A DNA stretch of 43,220 nt from a virus (IMGVR_UViG_3300037608_000255:1-43220); one strand, 5' to 3'. Positions 18,755 through 28,292 are shown, numbered from the stretch's first letter. The notes: generated by a model from the sequence alone, not told the origin. Program-made: numbers and translations.

Positions 18755-18812
18755 GCTTAGCGGTAACGATTATATAGCACTTTAAGCCCATATCTAACTA
18801 ATCCACAAGATT
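18753..18812 (-). other. Putative attI-like junction next to the recombinase gene
   Basis: AAGCTTAGCGGTAAC is complementary to GTTACCGCTTGGCTT (18406-18420) but has no hairpin body; a second GTTAGAT core lies on the minus strand at 18792-18798. Confidence 0.45.
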
Positions 18813-19610
18813 ATGTATGATTCTATTTTAAGAATTTACGAACAAAAGCTTAAATACCTCAACTACTCAAAGAGGACTATTGGGGTTTACAGCCATTACG
18901 CTAGTAAGTTCCTTCAAACAGTGGGGAAGTATCCACAGCACCTTACATCATCTGATTTTCAGGGCTACCTAAATGGGTTTAATTTTACTTCCATTTCACA
19001 ACAAAATCAGATTATTAACGCGATCAGGTTCCTTTATGAAAAGGTGCTCAATCGGAAATATGATAAGGTGGATTTTACCCGCCCAAGGCGTGAAAAAAGG
19101 TTACCGCAAGTGATCGATTCTGCTTTTCTGGTTGAACGAATTAATGCTATACCCAATTTAAAGCACAAATCCATTCTAATGTTGGCGTTCTCGGTTGGGC
19201 TTCGGGTTAGTGAGGTTATAAACCTTAAGATAGAGGACATCGACTCTGAAAGAATGCTAATAACCATTAAGCAGGGGAAAGGAAGAAAGGATAGGATTGT
19301 GCCCCTCTCGCCAAACCTACTCACCACCTTAAGGGAGTACTACAAGGCCTACAAGCCCAAAGGTTTTCTTTTTAACGGACAGTTTTCAGATCGTTACTCT
19401 GCCACCAGTTGCAACCAGATAGTAAAAAAATACCTTGGAGACAAGTACCATTTTCACAGCCTTAGGCACTCATGTTTCACTTCGCTATTGGAATCTGGAA
19501 CCGATTTGAGGATTATTCAAAAGATTGCTGGACACGCCAGCAGTCGTACAACAGAGGTTTATACACACGTTAGCAATAGAATATTGGGCAGGGTGCCACT
19601 TCCGATGTAA
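18813..19610 (+). CDS. Short integron-integrase-like tyrosine recombinase
   Basis: 265 aa; N-terminal YSKRTI...QQNQIINAIRFLYEKVL...RPRREKRLPQV as in IntI-like proteins; catalytic GLRVSE, KGRKDR, HSLRH, GH and Y intact; appears to lack the IntI-specific insertion. Confidence 0.85.
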   Translation: MYDSILRIYEQKLKYLNYSKRTIGVYSHYASKFLQTVGKYPQHLTSSDFQGYLNGFNFTSISQQNQIINAIRFLYEKVLNRKYDKVDFTRPRREKRLPQVIDSAFLVERINAIPNLKHKSILMLAFSVGLRVSEVINLKIEDIDSERMLITIKQGKGRKDRIVPLSPNLLTTLREYYKAYKPKGFLFNGQFSDRYSATSCNQIVKKYLGDKYHFHSLRHSCFTSLLESGTDLRIIQKIAGHASSRTTEVYTHVSNRILGRVPLPM

Positions 19611-19660
19611 CCAAACCTAAACAGCAAATAATCGTATAACTAAACACATAATTTAAGATA

Positions 19661-19924
19661 ATGGAAACTATAAACTACAAGAACCTTAAAGGTGAAGACC
19701 TGTTTACCTATTTCACAACCGATCATCCTGATAAGGAGTACTCTGGGGTAGTTGCCTTGCTTCCCTATGCGGTGGAAGATTGGCAAGAGGCCCTTAGTCT
19801 ACTTGAAAGGGTGGTTAAACAGGGAAAACGATTTGTTGCCATTTATCCTGAATTAGATTCTGTTGATGTGTCTAGTCTGGAAAAGGTAGGACAAATACCC
19901 GATGGTTTTTTGTTTATTGAGTAG
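19661..19924 (+). CDS. Hypothetical acidic protein convergent with the MuF gene; candidate immunity protein
   Basis: 87 aa; its stop lies 5 nt from the MuF stop. Confidence 0.65.
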   Translation: METINYKNLKGEDLFTYFTTDHPDKEYSGVVALLPYAVEDWQEALSLLERVVKQGKRFVAIYPELDSVDVSSLEKVGQIPDGFLFIE

Positions 19925-19929
19925 AGTCG

Positions 19930-21846
19930 TTATTTTAAGGTCCTAATGAATTCTATCATTTCTTCGTAAATGCTGGGCATGTATTTTTTGAAAACTACGT
20001 TACCCAAGAAAGCGTTTTCAAAAGCATGTGCCAAATATTCTGCCTCCTTCATTCCAACGGTTTTGAAATACCTAGTTGTGTGCCCATCGCCATAACTAAC
20101 TACCAATGATTTAATCGTGTCTCTTGTCGAACCTATTTGCTCTAGTACATCCCATTTGGTTATCCCCATTTTAGTGAACGTTTCTGCCTTCATGTGGTAA
20201 ATTTTTGAGGACAAATCCTTTAGCTTATGATCGATGTATGCAACCCGAGACATCTTTGTTGTCAGTTTTGCGTTAACGTATTTACTCGTAGCATAATCGT
20301 ACTGCCTATTCCATACAGTGAAGGTATCCTTTTGTCTTAACCAGGTGATTTGCTTTGCTCTTAAATTGGCGAGATCAGGGGAGAGTTTTAACCCTCGTTG
20401 CCAATCAATAGCGTGTCCGTATTCGTGATAAACGACAGCCTTTTTGTGCCAAGCAGAGTTTTCGTTTCGTTTCGAATTACTCAAATGCACTCTACCCACA
20501 CTAAAGTATGCACCTTCCCCTTTTGGGGATATGGTTAATCTTATCGGTTTATTTGGATCAAGAAGGTTGAAAAATTTCTTGTCAAATGAATAGTTTTCTC
20601 CTAACAGGTATTCGCTTTTGGGCGTAAATTGGTTTGGCATCATTGCCGAGACTTGAATATCCTCTTTTGGTTGATTGCTGCTGACCGAAACGGGCGGGGC
20701 GATTTTCATTGGTTTTACAAAACCACCCACAAGTACACCCCCTTTGAAATTATCGCGCACAAAGTAGGGCTGCGATTTCCACCCCTGCGAGCGTTCTGCA
20801 TTGCTCAATACCCAATCATTAAAACCTCTGGGCATTTCGGTAACCGTATTGCGAGAGGTGAACTTCTTATACTCCTCCCCACGAACAGCAGCCCTTAACT
20901 CGTTCAACTCGTCAGTATTGTACTCGTCGGCATCCATCAGGATCGGAACGGCATAGCACATGCATTGCGGGTGCCAGCCTTTAAAAATAAACGTTTTTGG
21001 ATACCTGCCTTTTAGCTGGTCGCATATCTCCACCTTACCGGGGTTGCTTTTCTCCCATTCCACAAGGAAGGACTCATGCTTGTTCGAAACTTTCACCTCG
21101 AATCCCACCACAAAGTCCAACTTCTGCCAACGAAGGTGATCGGCCTCCCGGTAGGCCATATTAATTTCGGAGCGGGTTAACCTCATCGCATTCTTATAGC
21201 TGCTACGATACTTCCCTTGCCCAGGGTTGAAGGCCTTGGCGTTTTTCGAAAGCACAAGATTACCGTGTTTATCCCTAACCCTCCTGAATAGTTTATCTGG
21301 ATCGACCAAGTACCCCCTCAACTCCTTCGATAAAACCTGTGCTGATTTACCCTCACCAAGCCCAATATCTAAACCCAGTTCCATTTGAGTTTTGAACTGA
21401 TCGGCATACCGCCATATCCTTTTCGACAGATCAAGACCATCGACCTTACGCTTTTGGAAAGCATCAAGGGCATCAAGGTTTCTGTCCTGATACTTCTGTA
21501 GTAGTTTTTTTGATATTTTGGATGTGTTCAGGATGTGGTTCAGAAACTCGTCATTCTTCTTACAGGCATAGAGCCATTCTCGTTTGCTGCCATTGATCAC
21601 AACAGCCTGCATTCGTGTGGCTAGGTTGTTAACTATTTGTTGTGCCTTGGCGTTGGCGCTGGGGTAGTCGGAAAGGCTAAACGGATTATTTGGGTCAATA
21701 GTAATTCTATCACCAAGCATGGCAAAGTCATTAATTGCCTGCTGATATATGGCATCAATGGCCGTTAAGTACTCCTGTGTCTGCCTGTAGTGAGCAGCAT
21801 CGAAGCCTTGAATAGAAAAACCCGTTTTAAAGCTCTTTTTAGCCAT
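19930..21846 (-). CDS. MuF-like head morphogenesis protein with a C-terminal zincin (HEXXH) domain
   Basis: RLTRSEINMAY...ICDQLKGRY...WHPQCMCY MuF motifs; C-terminal VYHEYGHAID...EYLAHAF. Confidence 0.85.
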   Translation of the reverse strand: MAKKSFKTGFSIQGFDAAHYRQTQEYLTAIDAIYQQAINDFAMLGDRITIDPNNPFSLSDYPSANAKAQQIVNNLATRMQAVVINGSKREWLYACKKNDEFLNHILNTSKISKKLLQKYQDRNLDALDAFQKRKVDGLDLSKRIWRYADQFKTQMELGLDIGLGEGKSAQVLSKELRGYLVDPDKLFRRVRDKHGNLVLSKNAKAFNPGQGKYRSSYKNAMRLTRSEINMAYREADHLRWQKLDFVVGFEVKVSNKHESFLVEWEKSNPGKVEICDQLKGRYPKTFIFKGWHPQCMCYAVPILMDADEYNTDELNELRAAVRGEEYKKFTSRNTVTEMPRGFNDWVLSNAERSQGWKSQPYFVRDNFKGGVLVGGFVKPMKIAPPVSVSSNQPKEDIQVSAMMPNQFTPKSEYLLGENYSFDKKFFNLLDPNKPIRLTISPKGEGAYFSVGRVHLSNSKRNENSAWHKKAVVYHEYGHAIDWQRGLKLSPDLANLRAKQITWLRQKDTFTVWNRQYDYATSKYVNAKLTTKMSRVAYIDHKLKDLSSKIYHMKAETFTKMGITKWDVLEQIGSTRDTIKSLVVSYGDGHTTRYFKTVGMKEAEYLAHAFENAFLGNVVFKKYMPSIYEEMIEFIRTLK

Positions 21847-22025
21847 TATTTTCTCTCCGTATAGTAACTACACTCCTTTAGCCACGATCCAACTTTAACG
21901 CCCTTGGGATTGCGAACTGGGTGGCTGCAATCGGTAAGATGATTGCTTGAAATTCCACTTCCTGAAATACACTTGAGGCAATCGACCAGCTCTACATTAT
22001 CTTTTTTAACTCTTCTCTTGGCCAT
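21846..22025 (-). CDS. Small Cys-rich protein (59 aa)
   Basis: Missing from the ORF track; MAKRRVKKDNVELVDCLKC...DCSHP...KECSYYTERK; TAATG-coupled to both neighbours. Confidence 0.7.
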   Translation of the reverse strand: MAKRRVKKDNVELVDCLKCISGSGISSNHLTDCSHPVRNPKGVKVGSWLKECSYYTERK

Positions 22026-22216
22026 TACTCGTAAATTTTATGCTCTGATAATTCGTGCTCATTATACCATCGCTCTTCTATATCTAGTCCGAACGTTACC
22101 AAGTATTCCCACTTTCCTGTGAGTAGATCAAAACGAGCATTAATAACCACCCCTTTAGGACTCTCGGGGGTAATGTGGAAAACCGTGTTGTTTATATTGT
22201 ACCGTCTTTCCTTCAT
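22025..22216 (-). CDS. Hypothetical protein
   Basis: 63 aa, translationally coupled to the portal gene. Confidence 0.65.
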   Translation of the reverse strand: MKERRYNINNTVFHITPESPKGVVINARFDLLTGKWEYLVTFGLDIEERWYNEHELSEHKIYE

Positions 22217-23691
22217 GCCGGTGTAGGTTCGAATACGTTGAATGAGCTCCGATTAGATTCTTCGGTCTTGTACTGCTCATAATCCTCCTCTGGGTTGTTA
22301 GTTAACCCTGCTTTTTGGAAAGAGGCTTTTTGAGAAATAACTGGGTTCCCGCCATTCGCATCTTGCCATATCTTTATCTCGGCAGCTTCATCCACAATCA
22401 TGTAAGGGATGATCTCTGGCTCAATAAACAGATCCTCTGCTGCGCTTGCCAGTTTGTTGTTAAATTTGCCTATGTATGCCTTCACTATGTTGATGCGACG
22501 CTGTAGGTACTCGTCTAAAACCTCCTGATGATCGGTAACCTTTAGGTGTGCGTCGAGGAACAACAGCTTTAGGGCAATTCCAGAGATAGCACCTATCCCT
22601 TTTACAGATTCGAAGCTGATATCAGGAGTTTGCGTGATCGTGTAAATCATTCGTAGCAGGGTGTCAATTTCCAGCTTAACAGCCTCTGGGGCTTGCGCCC
22701 AGCTCAAGTAGTTGGCTTCCGATCCCTCTTCACCCTCAATAATAGCCCCGCTTTCACCCTTCTTTGAAAACCCCTTTATTTCACCACGTATGAATATTTT
22801 GGGAGCAGCGTGGTAATCGTTGGTGTCGGCAAAGTTCGATAACAGTTTCTCCAGCCTATCGATCAACACTTGCACATCATCCCACTCTACCTGTGGTTGA
22901 TAACCATATACAACTGGAATTTTACCAATTTCAATCTTTTTGGGATACCCTTCAACAAGTTTATACCCTGTTGACTCTTGTACCCATAGGTATTGAAAAT
23001 CGGATGTATAGGTTTCAAAATATCTTTTCTCAACTCCGTTAACCGTTACCACAAATTCTCTTGAAAAGGCTATCATATCACCATTATCGTCGAAGTAAGG
23101 GTAGAGGTTATCACCAAATAACGGAGAAAATATTGCGCAGCGTAATTTGTGCTTACTATTAAAGCCATAGGTTTTGTTCGACTTTTCAACAGGATACCAT
23201 ACTTCGGCCACCTCTTGGCAACTAAACAGATTACGGGCCACCTTACGGTTGAGCGATTTGCTCTTGCAGTCGTACATGACCCTCTTTATTGCCTTAACAA
23301 CAGCCTTCTGTAACTCTCCCTCTGCATCTGCATTCAGCTCAACTGGGTTGCCAAAGGTGAATGCAACAGCCCTCTTCACTATAAGCTTTTGAAGTGCCAA
23401 TGCCACCCTTTCTACTGCCTGCATTCGATACCCAGTTGCCTCCGTTCCATCCATAACACTCACCGTGTTCTCTGATGGTTGAAAGTCGGGGTCGTCTGGA
23501 TCAATCTTTACCTTTTTGTCTGGCCTCTTGATTTTATCGAATACATCGTGCTGTAAAGGGTCGAGTTGTTTGGTGGTTTTGGCACTGTCGGGAGCACCGT
23601 AAATCCTGCCCTTTTTCAACTTTTCTACAACAATGTTAGGGGTTGGCAATTCCTCGCCTTTCCCTGCTATAATTTCGTCAATCTCACTCAT
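22213..23691 (-). CDS. Portal protein (SPP1 gp6-like)
   Basis: 492 aa after TerL; GKIPVVY, TPDISF and SGIALKLLF motifs. Confidence 0.9.
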   Translation of the reverse strand: MSEIDEIIAGKGEELPTPNIVVEKLKKGRIYGAPDSAKTTKQLDPLQHDVFDKIKRPDKKVKIDPDDPDFQPSENTVSVMDGTEATGYRMQAVERVALALQKLIVKRAVAFTFGNPVELNADAEGELQKAVVKAIKRVMYDCKSKSLNRKVARNLFSCQEVAEVWYPVEKSNKTYGFNSKHKLRCAIFSPLFGDNLYPYFDDNGDMIAFSREFVVTVNGVEKRYFETYTSDFQYLWVQESTGYKLVEGYPKKIEIGKIPVVYGYQPQVEWDDVQVLIDRLEKLLSNFADTNDYHAAPKIFIRGEIKGFSKKGESGAIIEGEEGSEANYLSWAQAPEAVKLEIDTLLRMIYTITQTPDISFESVKGIGAISGIALKLLFLDAHLKVTDHQEVLDEYLQRRINIVKAYIGKFNNKLASAAEDLFIEPEIIPYMIVDEAAEIKIWQDANGGNPVISQKASFQKAGLTNNPEEDYEQYKTEESNRSSFNVFEPTPA

Positions 23692-23709
23692 AACCTATAT
23701 GTTTAGTAA

Positions 23710-25203
23710 TTAAAAAACTCCTGTTAAATCCTTTGCCCCCGATTTACCTTTGCCTCTCCACTCAACTGTTCCTGTGATACAGTCGGGCGCATCATCGTGT
23801 GAATTCTTTCCCACTTTCATATAACTTGTAATTGCTGTGAAGAAAGCGGGCCACATTTTATCCCAACCCCTTGGGAAATAGACAAGATTCTGTGCATCGG
23901 CAGACTTACTAAATATCCTTACCACCTTATTGTCCTTCTGGTGGAACCACTTGAATCGGGTCTTATTATTTTTAAGCACTCTGGTCTGCTTCTCAACATT
24001 TCTTGCAAACCCTCGCCCTCCATTATTGCTCTCGATGATGGCCACCTGCGTTTGATTCTTGGTAAGCATTTCTGCCGTTTTTGGCTCGGTGTACTCCATC
24101 GGTTTTTGTGTGTAGAGGATATCGGTCACATAGTTAGCATCCTCAGTCTCCACATAGCAAATCGAGCAAAGGAAATCCTCCCCAGTATCTGCTGTATCTG
24201 TATAATTCTTCCTAACTGCCTTGGCGCTAAACGGAATAATATCGTACTCTCGGAACCCCTGCTCATACATCAAACCTTGCAATGGTTTAGGGTCTTGCTG
24301 GTATAAACTTTCGAATACATGGCTATTCCTTACCCTCACTGCATCCAACTTCTCAAGGTTGTGTCGCTCTGGCCACAAAGGCTCGCCCTCTTCCCTTGGA
24401 TCGTACTCATTCGGCTTACCCACCTTTATGGCTTGGTAAATAATAACCACCCAACCGTTAGGGTTTGTAACTGGGTCGTAAATTCCCTGCTGCTCAAGCA
24501 ATCGGCCTGCAAGGTCATTCTGATGCCAACGGGTAAATACTATCAATTGCTGGCTATCGTTGTGAAGCCTTGTTTCTGCAACAGTGTCATACCAGTCCTC
24601 AACCGATTCTCTCACCGTTGGCGACCATGCTGTTTTGGCATCCTTGTAGATATCATCCATAATCAGCATATCAACGGGTTCGCCCGTCAATGGACCTCCA
24701 ACACCTACAGTCTTAAACCCTCCTCTATATCCAACAATCTCGCACTCATCGGCATTTCTTAACCACGATCCCGCAACCGTTGTTACATTGGAAGAGTTAA
24801 GCTTTGTGTTGGGAAATATTTCGGCATATTCAGGGGTATCAATTATCCTTTGAATCTCCCTGTTGAACTTTCGGGCCTTTGGGGCAGAGTAAGACACCAC
24901 TGCAACCTTCTTATCAGGATTTTTCCCTAACACAAAAGAAGGAAGCCTTCTGGTAGAACCCTCTGACTTTCCGTGCTGGGGTGGCATGAACACCATCAGC
25001 TTTTTGATCTCCCCTTCTGCAAACTTGTTAAGAACGTTGTAATACCTTGTGTGAAACGGTGCTGGAACAAATGAGGGCATAGTAGCCCTTGTGTAAGTGA
25101 GCAGGCTGTTTCTGCTTTCTCTAATTAATCGCTCATGAAGAGCTTCTATGTAGGCAACCTTCTCACTCTTGTTCATTTTTGCCCAACTTTCGCTCAAGTT
25201 CAC
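23710..25203 (-). CDS. terL: Terminase large subunit
   Basis: Walker A MPPQHGKS, Walker B LIMDD, TRWH coupling motif, nuclease DTAD and HDDAPD. Confidence 0.93.
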   Translation of the reverse strand: MNLSESWAKMNKSEKVAYIEALHERLIRESRNSLLTYTRATMPSFVPAPFHTRYYNVLNKFAEGEIKKLMVFMPPQHGKSEGSTRRLPSFVLGKNPDKKVAVVSYSAPKARKFNREIQRIIDTPEYAEIFPNTKLNSSNVTTVAGSWLRNADECEIVGYRGGFKTVGVGGPLTGEPVDMLIMDDIYKDAKTAWSPTVRESVEDWYDTVAETRLHNDSQQLIVFTRWHQNDLAGRLLEQQGIYDPVTNPNGWVVIIYQAIKVGKPNEYDPREEGEPLWPERHNLEKLDAVRVRNSHVFESLYQQDPKPLQGLMYEQGFREYDIIPFSAKAVRKNYTDTADTGEDFLCSICYVETEDANYVTDILYTQKPMEYTEPKTAEMLTKNQTQVAIIESNNGGRGFARNVEKQTRVLKNNKTRFKWFHQKDNKVVRIFSKSADAQNLVYFPRGWDKMWPAFFTAITSYMKVGKNSHDDAPDCITGTVEWRGKGKSGAKDLTGVF

Positions 25204-25672
25204 CTATGCGCTTATCCAACTCCTCATCGGTTAAGGCAGAGAATAGGTCCTTACCATCTTTCCCTGTCAACTCCCCGTTATACTTATTCTTCCAATTCTC
25301 GGGTTCGGCATTGGTTAGGGTGAAGATTATGGCTGCAGTGTCTGGCTGGAAGTGCTTATCAACGATCTTCTGCTCCTTAATCTTTGGCTTCCTTTCCTCA
25401 TTCTTCCCCGCCTCGACGTATGTTGTGTGCTTCTCCTGAATTGTATAACCAGTAAGTTTTTTCATTAATGATCTTTTTGCCTCCTTGGCAAAGAGTTTCA
25501 TCCTATCATCTATCGCCTGATCAATAACTTCAGCAAATTCGGGCTTGTTTTTTAGCCAATCGTAGTAGGTTTTGGGGTTAATGCCAACCTGTTGGCACAC
25601 CTCACTTATTGTGTAATTGTCTGAACTTAACAGGTCGGTGATTGCATTAACTACTTTTTTGCTGTATCTCAT
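25163..25672 (-). CDS. terS: Terminase small subunit
   Basis: N-terminal HTH (ISEVCQQVGINPKTYYDW), PDTAAIIFTLTN motif; overlaps terL. Confidence 0.85.
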   Translation of the reverse strand: MRYSKKVVNAITDLLSSDNYTISEVCQQVGINPKTYYDWLKNKPEFAEVIDQAIDDRMKLFAKEAKRSLMKKLTGYTIQEKHTTYVEAGKNEERKPKIKEQKIVDKHFQPDTAAIIFTLTNAEPENWKNKYNGELTGKDGKDLFSALTDEELDKRIGELERKLGKNEQE

Positions 25673-25742
25673 AACGCTACTCCTTTTAGGCTCAATATCT
25701 TACATTTATTACCCTGATTCTTGTAATAATTTATTATTCAGG

Positions 25743-26297
25743 TTATTGCTTCATCTCGCACTTAAACCCTCTATCCATCAACTCACCATGTAGGGCCAAT
25801 AATTGCCCCGGTTCGTCACAATGAATGACCAAACTTGAGGTTGACCCCATGCTTGACTCGGGGTTGGATTTAGCATCTTGATCCTCTTCGGGAATAAATA
25901 TTCCCCATTCCTCTGGGTCAACATCCCAATCCTCCTGTATCTTGGCAATGGCTGTTGGCTCCCACTGGAGATTTGCCTTTGAGGTTGCATTGTCGGCCAG
26001 TGCCAACTCTCTGCCCTGTTTTGAGTCTATATCAATGTCTGTTCTTTTTACAGCCACCAATTGGGTTCCGTCGGTTTCAATAATAATAACATTCTTCAAG
26101 CCTATGGCCACAGCCGTCTCCGTTGACTTGTTTCCTGCTATTATTCGATTGTTTTTGTCGAGCAGTATTGACCGACCAGCCCCAAGTTCTCTGAATGATT
26201 TCTCAATAAGGTGCGTGCCGTACTCCGTGCCCTTGTTGGCGTTCAGGTTATCGGGTAGTAAATTGTCTATGCTTTCGTTTGTGATGCGGGGTTTCAT
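25743..26297 (-). CDS. ParB-like N-terminal domain protein
   Basis: NANKGT...GRSILLDKNNRIIAGN...LALADN; likely ATG at 26297; upstream of terS. Confidence 0.7.
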   Translation of the reverse strand: MKPRITNESIDNLLPDNLNANKGTEYGTHLIEKSFRELGAGRSILLDKNNRIIAGNKSTETAVAIGLKNVIIIETDGTQLVAVKRTDIDIDSKQGRELALADNATSKANLQWEPTAIAKIQEDWDVDPEEWGIFIPEEDQDAKSNPESSMGSTSSLVIHCDEPGQLLALHGELMDRGFKCEMKQ

Positions 26298-26321
26298 GCT
26301 TTTGCTTTTGTTGTTAATTAC

Positions 26322-26359
26322 CAAATATATAAAAAGACGTATCACCGTGATACGTCTTT
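26322..26359 (-). promoter_or_regulatory. Putative packaging/late promoter with a perfect 27-bp palindrome (box copy 5)
   Basis: Minus-strand TATATTTG at 26329-26322; AAAGACGTATCAC-C-GTGATACGTCTTT at 26333-26359. Confidence 0.7.
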
Positions 26360-26385
26360 AGGCAAAAAGATATAAAGTATTTATA

Positions 26386-26739
26386 CTACATCAATCTCGC
26401 CAACCTTTTCACCTCATCTTTAGCCTGAAAATACTCCTCTGGTTGGTAATTCCTGATCACTTGGGTATCTTTCAACAGAGTAATGCGCGTCAGCCTGTTT
26501 TTTAAAGCGTTCATAAACTGATCGTGTGCGTGAAAGGAGAGGGGGTGGTAAGGAAATTTTAACCCGTTGTCAATCTCAAAGGTGAGTATAAAGTTGTCTC
26601 CCATGGTTTTATTTGCCCTTGCTCTCCCTTTGAGGTAAACAACCCAGCCCTGAAGAAATATTAACATGAAAGTGGTTATAATGGCAATAGCTAGCCATAA
26701 TTCCTTGCTTGAGAGCAAATTTAAAAGTAATGGTTTCAT
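26386..26739 (-). CDS. Hypothetical protein with an N-terminal transmembrane helix
   Basis: 117 aa; hydrophobic at about residues 14-35. Confidence 0.6.
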   Translation of the reverse strand: MKPLLLNLLSSKELWLAIAIITTFMLIFLQGWVVYLKGRARANKTMGDNFILTFEIDNGLKFPYHPLSFHAHDQFMNALKNRLTRITLLKDTQVIRNYQPEEYFQAKDEVKRLARLM

Positions 26740-26751
26740 AACTGAATCATT

Positions 26752-27573
26752 TTAGTTAAACATGTTGAAGTACTTGTCTACACAGTTTTCGGGTAATGAA
26801 AAAGAATCCCTTGCAACACCTGCCTGATTAAGCAGTGTATCCTTAAAGTAAATATTGGTGGCGGGAATGATCTCGAGTACCTCCTCCATAAAGGCACGAA
26901 TTAGCTCAAAGTGATGCTTTTCACCCGACTTTAAGCCAATTTTAAACAGGTTACAGTATGGCGCAGCCTGTTCGATCATCGATAGGCTGTCGGCAAAGTT
27001 GATAATGGGTTCGATGCTGGCGAAGTTTTTGAACCCTGCTTCGTGTAGCTTCCGCATGGCCTCTATGCGCTCTGCGTTGGTTGATGCTCCTTTTTCAAGT
27101 TCGTCGTGGCCCGTGAGGGTGAAGCCAAAGGCGATGAGGGACTGGATATGAGAAGATATAGGTGGTAGGTAGTCGAAAAACCAGTTTTCGTAATGGATGA
27201 ACTTTACCGATTTGGTAAGAATTTTAACGGGAATATTCAACTTTATACACTCCTTTGTTGCTAGCGCCGTAAGTTTTATTGTTTCCACTAACATGGGATC
27301 CGTGGTGAAACTAAAGAAAAGCCCATTTACCCTTAGATCGTCCAAATTCGCTTTGAGTTCCCTATTGAATATTTCCAAGGCGTGTTCTTCGTCTTTAAAG
27401 CATTTCTTCAGGGTTGGGTTTTCTCCCCCCATTGTACCGGACAGGATTCCTTTCTTACAATAGCAATATTCGCACCCGTTTGAGCATCCAACATAAAAAT
27501 TACAGGCCCACTCGCTGTACTCGGCTGCTTTGCCCTTGGGCTGATATATAGCCTTGCCGTTAAATCTACTCAT
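26752..27573 (-). CDS. Radical SAM protein
   Basis: CSNGCEYCYC (CxxxCxxC), FTTDPM, ILTK and SIEPII motifs. Confidence 0.85.
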   Translation of the reverse strand: MSRFNGKAIYQPKGKAAEYSEWACNFYVGCSNGCEYCYCKKGILSGTMGGENPTLKKCFKDEEHALEIFNRELKANLDDLRVNGLFFSFTTDPMLVETIKLTALATKECIKLNIPVKILTKSVKFIHYENWFFDYLPPISSHIQSLIAFGFTLTGHDELEKGASTNAERIEAMRKLHEAGFKNFASIEPIINFADSLSMIEQAAPYCNLFKIGLKSGEKHHFELIRAFMEEVLEIIPATNIYFKDTLLNQAGVARDSFSLPENCVDKYFNMFN

Positions 27574-27820
27574 TGTTTTTAATTTTATCTGGTTTTAAGC
27601 ATGACATGGCTATTGGGTGAAATGGGTTGCCGAAGGTTAAAACGGTTAACCATATCTCTCCTGTTTCTTCCACCTGTTTGCGCTCGGCCTCGTTAAGTTC
27701 GAAGCACATGGTGACAGGGAAGGTAGTATCCTGCTTGTCAAGAAAAACAGGAAGGGTTTCGTACTGGGGTTGCCCCTCGGCAATGCGAAGGTTAACCTCT
27801 TTAAATTCTTTTGCTTTCAT
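27566..27820 (-). CDS. Hypothetical phage protein
   Basis: 84 aa in operon context. Confidence 0.7.
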   Translation of the reverse strand: MKAKEFKEVNLRIAEGQPQYETLPVFLDKQDTTFPVTMCFELNEAERKQVEETGEIWLTVLTFGNPFHPIAMSCLKPDKIKNNE

Positions 27821-27849
27821 ACCTTGCTGATTGGTTCAATAATTCTATT

Positions 27850-28290
27850 TTACAATTCGAAATTCCAGAATGATAGTTTGCCTTTAATGTTCAGTATAGG
27901 CTCATCAAACCTGATGGGGTTGGCAAGTACCCAGTTGTATGTAGGCCTCACCCCTTTAGGACAAGTAACATAATTTTCCTTTATTGGGATGGTTTGTGTT
28001 TTCTCTGCCCAAATGCTAGGATGATTGATTACGCAGTTAACTATTTCTACAGAGCCAATAATAGAACCTTTTGGAAATAACGTATCAAATGATTGCTTGT
28101 AATTAAGTTTCCCATCCGCTTCATATATCTGCTCTGGTGTTAATATTTTTGAAAATGGCTGTTGCTTGGCTCTTCCTGCATGTATCAAAACTCGCCCTCG
28201 GAAATTGGTTGGCCAAGTTCGGTTCTCAATATCCTTAACCCCGGCAACAATTAGTGAAGCCCAGGGTTGTTTTATCGTGATTGCTTTCAT
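27850..28290 (-). CDS. ASCH domain protein
   Basis: MKAITIKQPWASLIVAGVKDIENRTW...GRVLIHA...KGKLSFW signature. Confidence 0.9.
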   Translation of the reverse strand: MKAITIKQPWASLIVAGVKDIENRTWPTNFRGRVLIHAGRAKQQPFSKILTPEQIYEADGKLNYKQSFDTLFPKGSIIGSVEIVNCVINHPSIWAEKTQTIPIKENYVTCPKGVRPTYNWVLANPIRFDEPILNIKGKLSFWNFEL

Positions 28291-28292
28291 GG

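Noticed and set aside
18406-18767. Invertible segment (shufflon) bounded by 15-bp inverted repeats
   Set aside because: One repeat is embedded in an attC-like hairpin and the recombinase is IntI-like, so a cassette is the better explanation; inversion could still be checked in reads
26386-26739. Possible holin or lysis gene
   Set aside because: Single transmembrane helix, no adjacent endolysin, and located upstream of the putative late promoter
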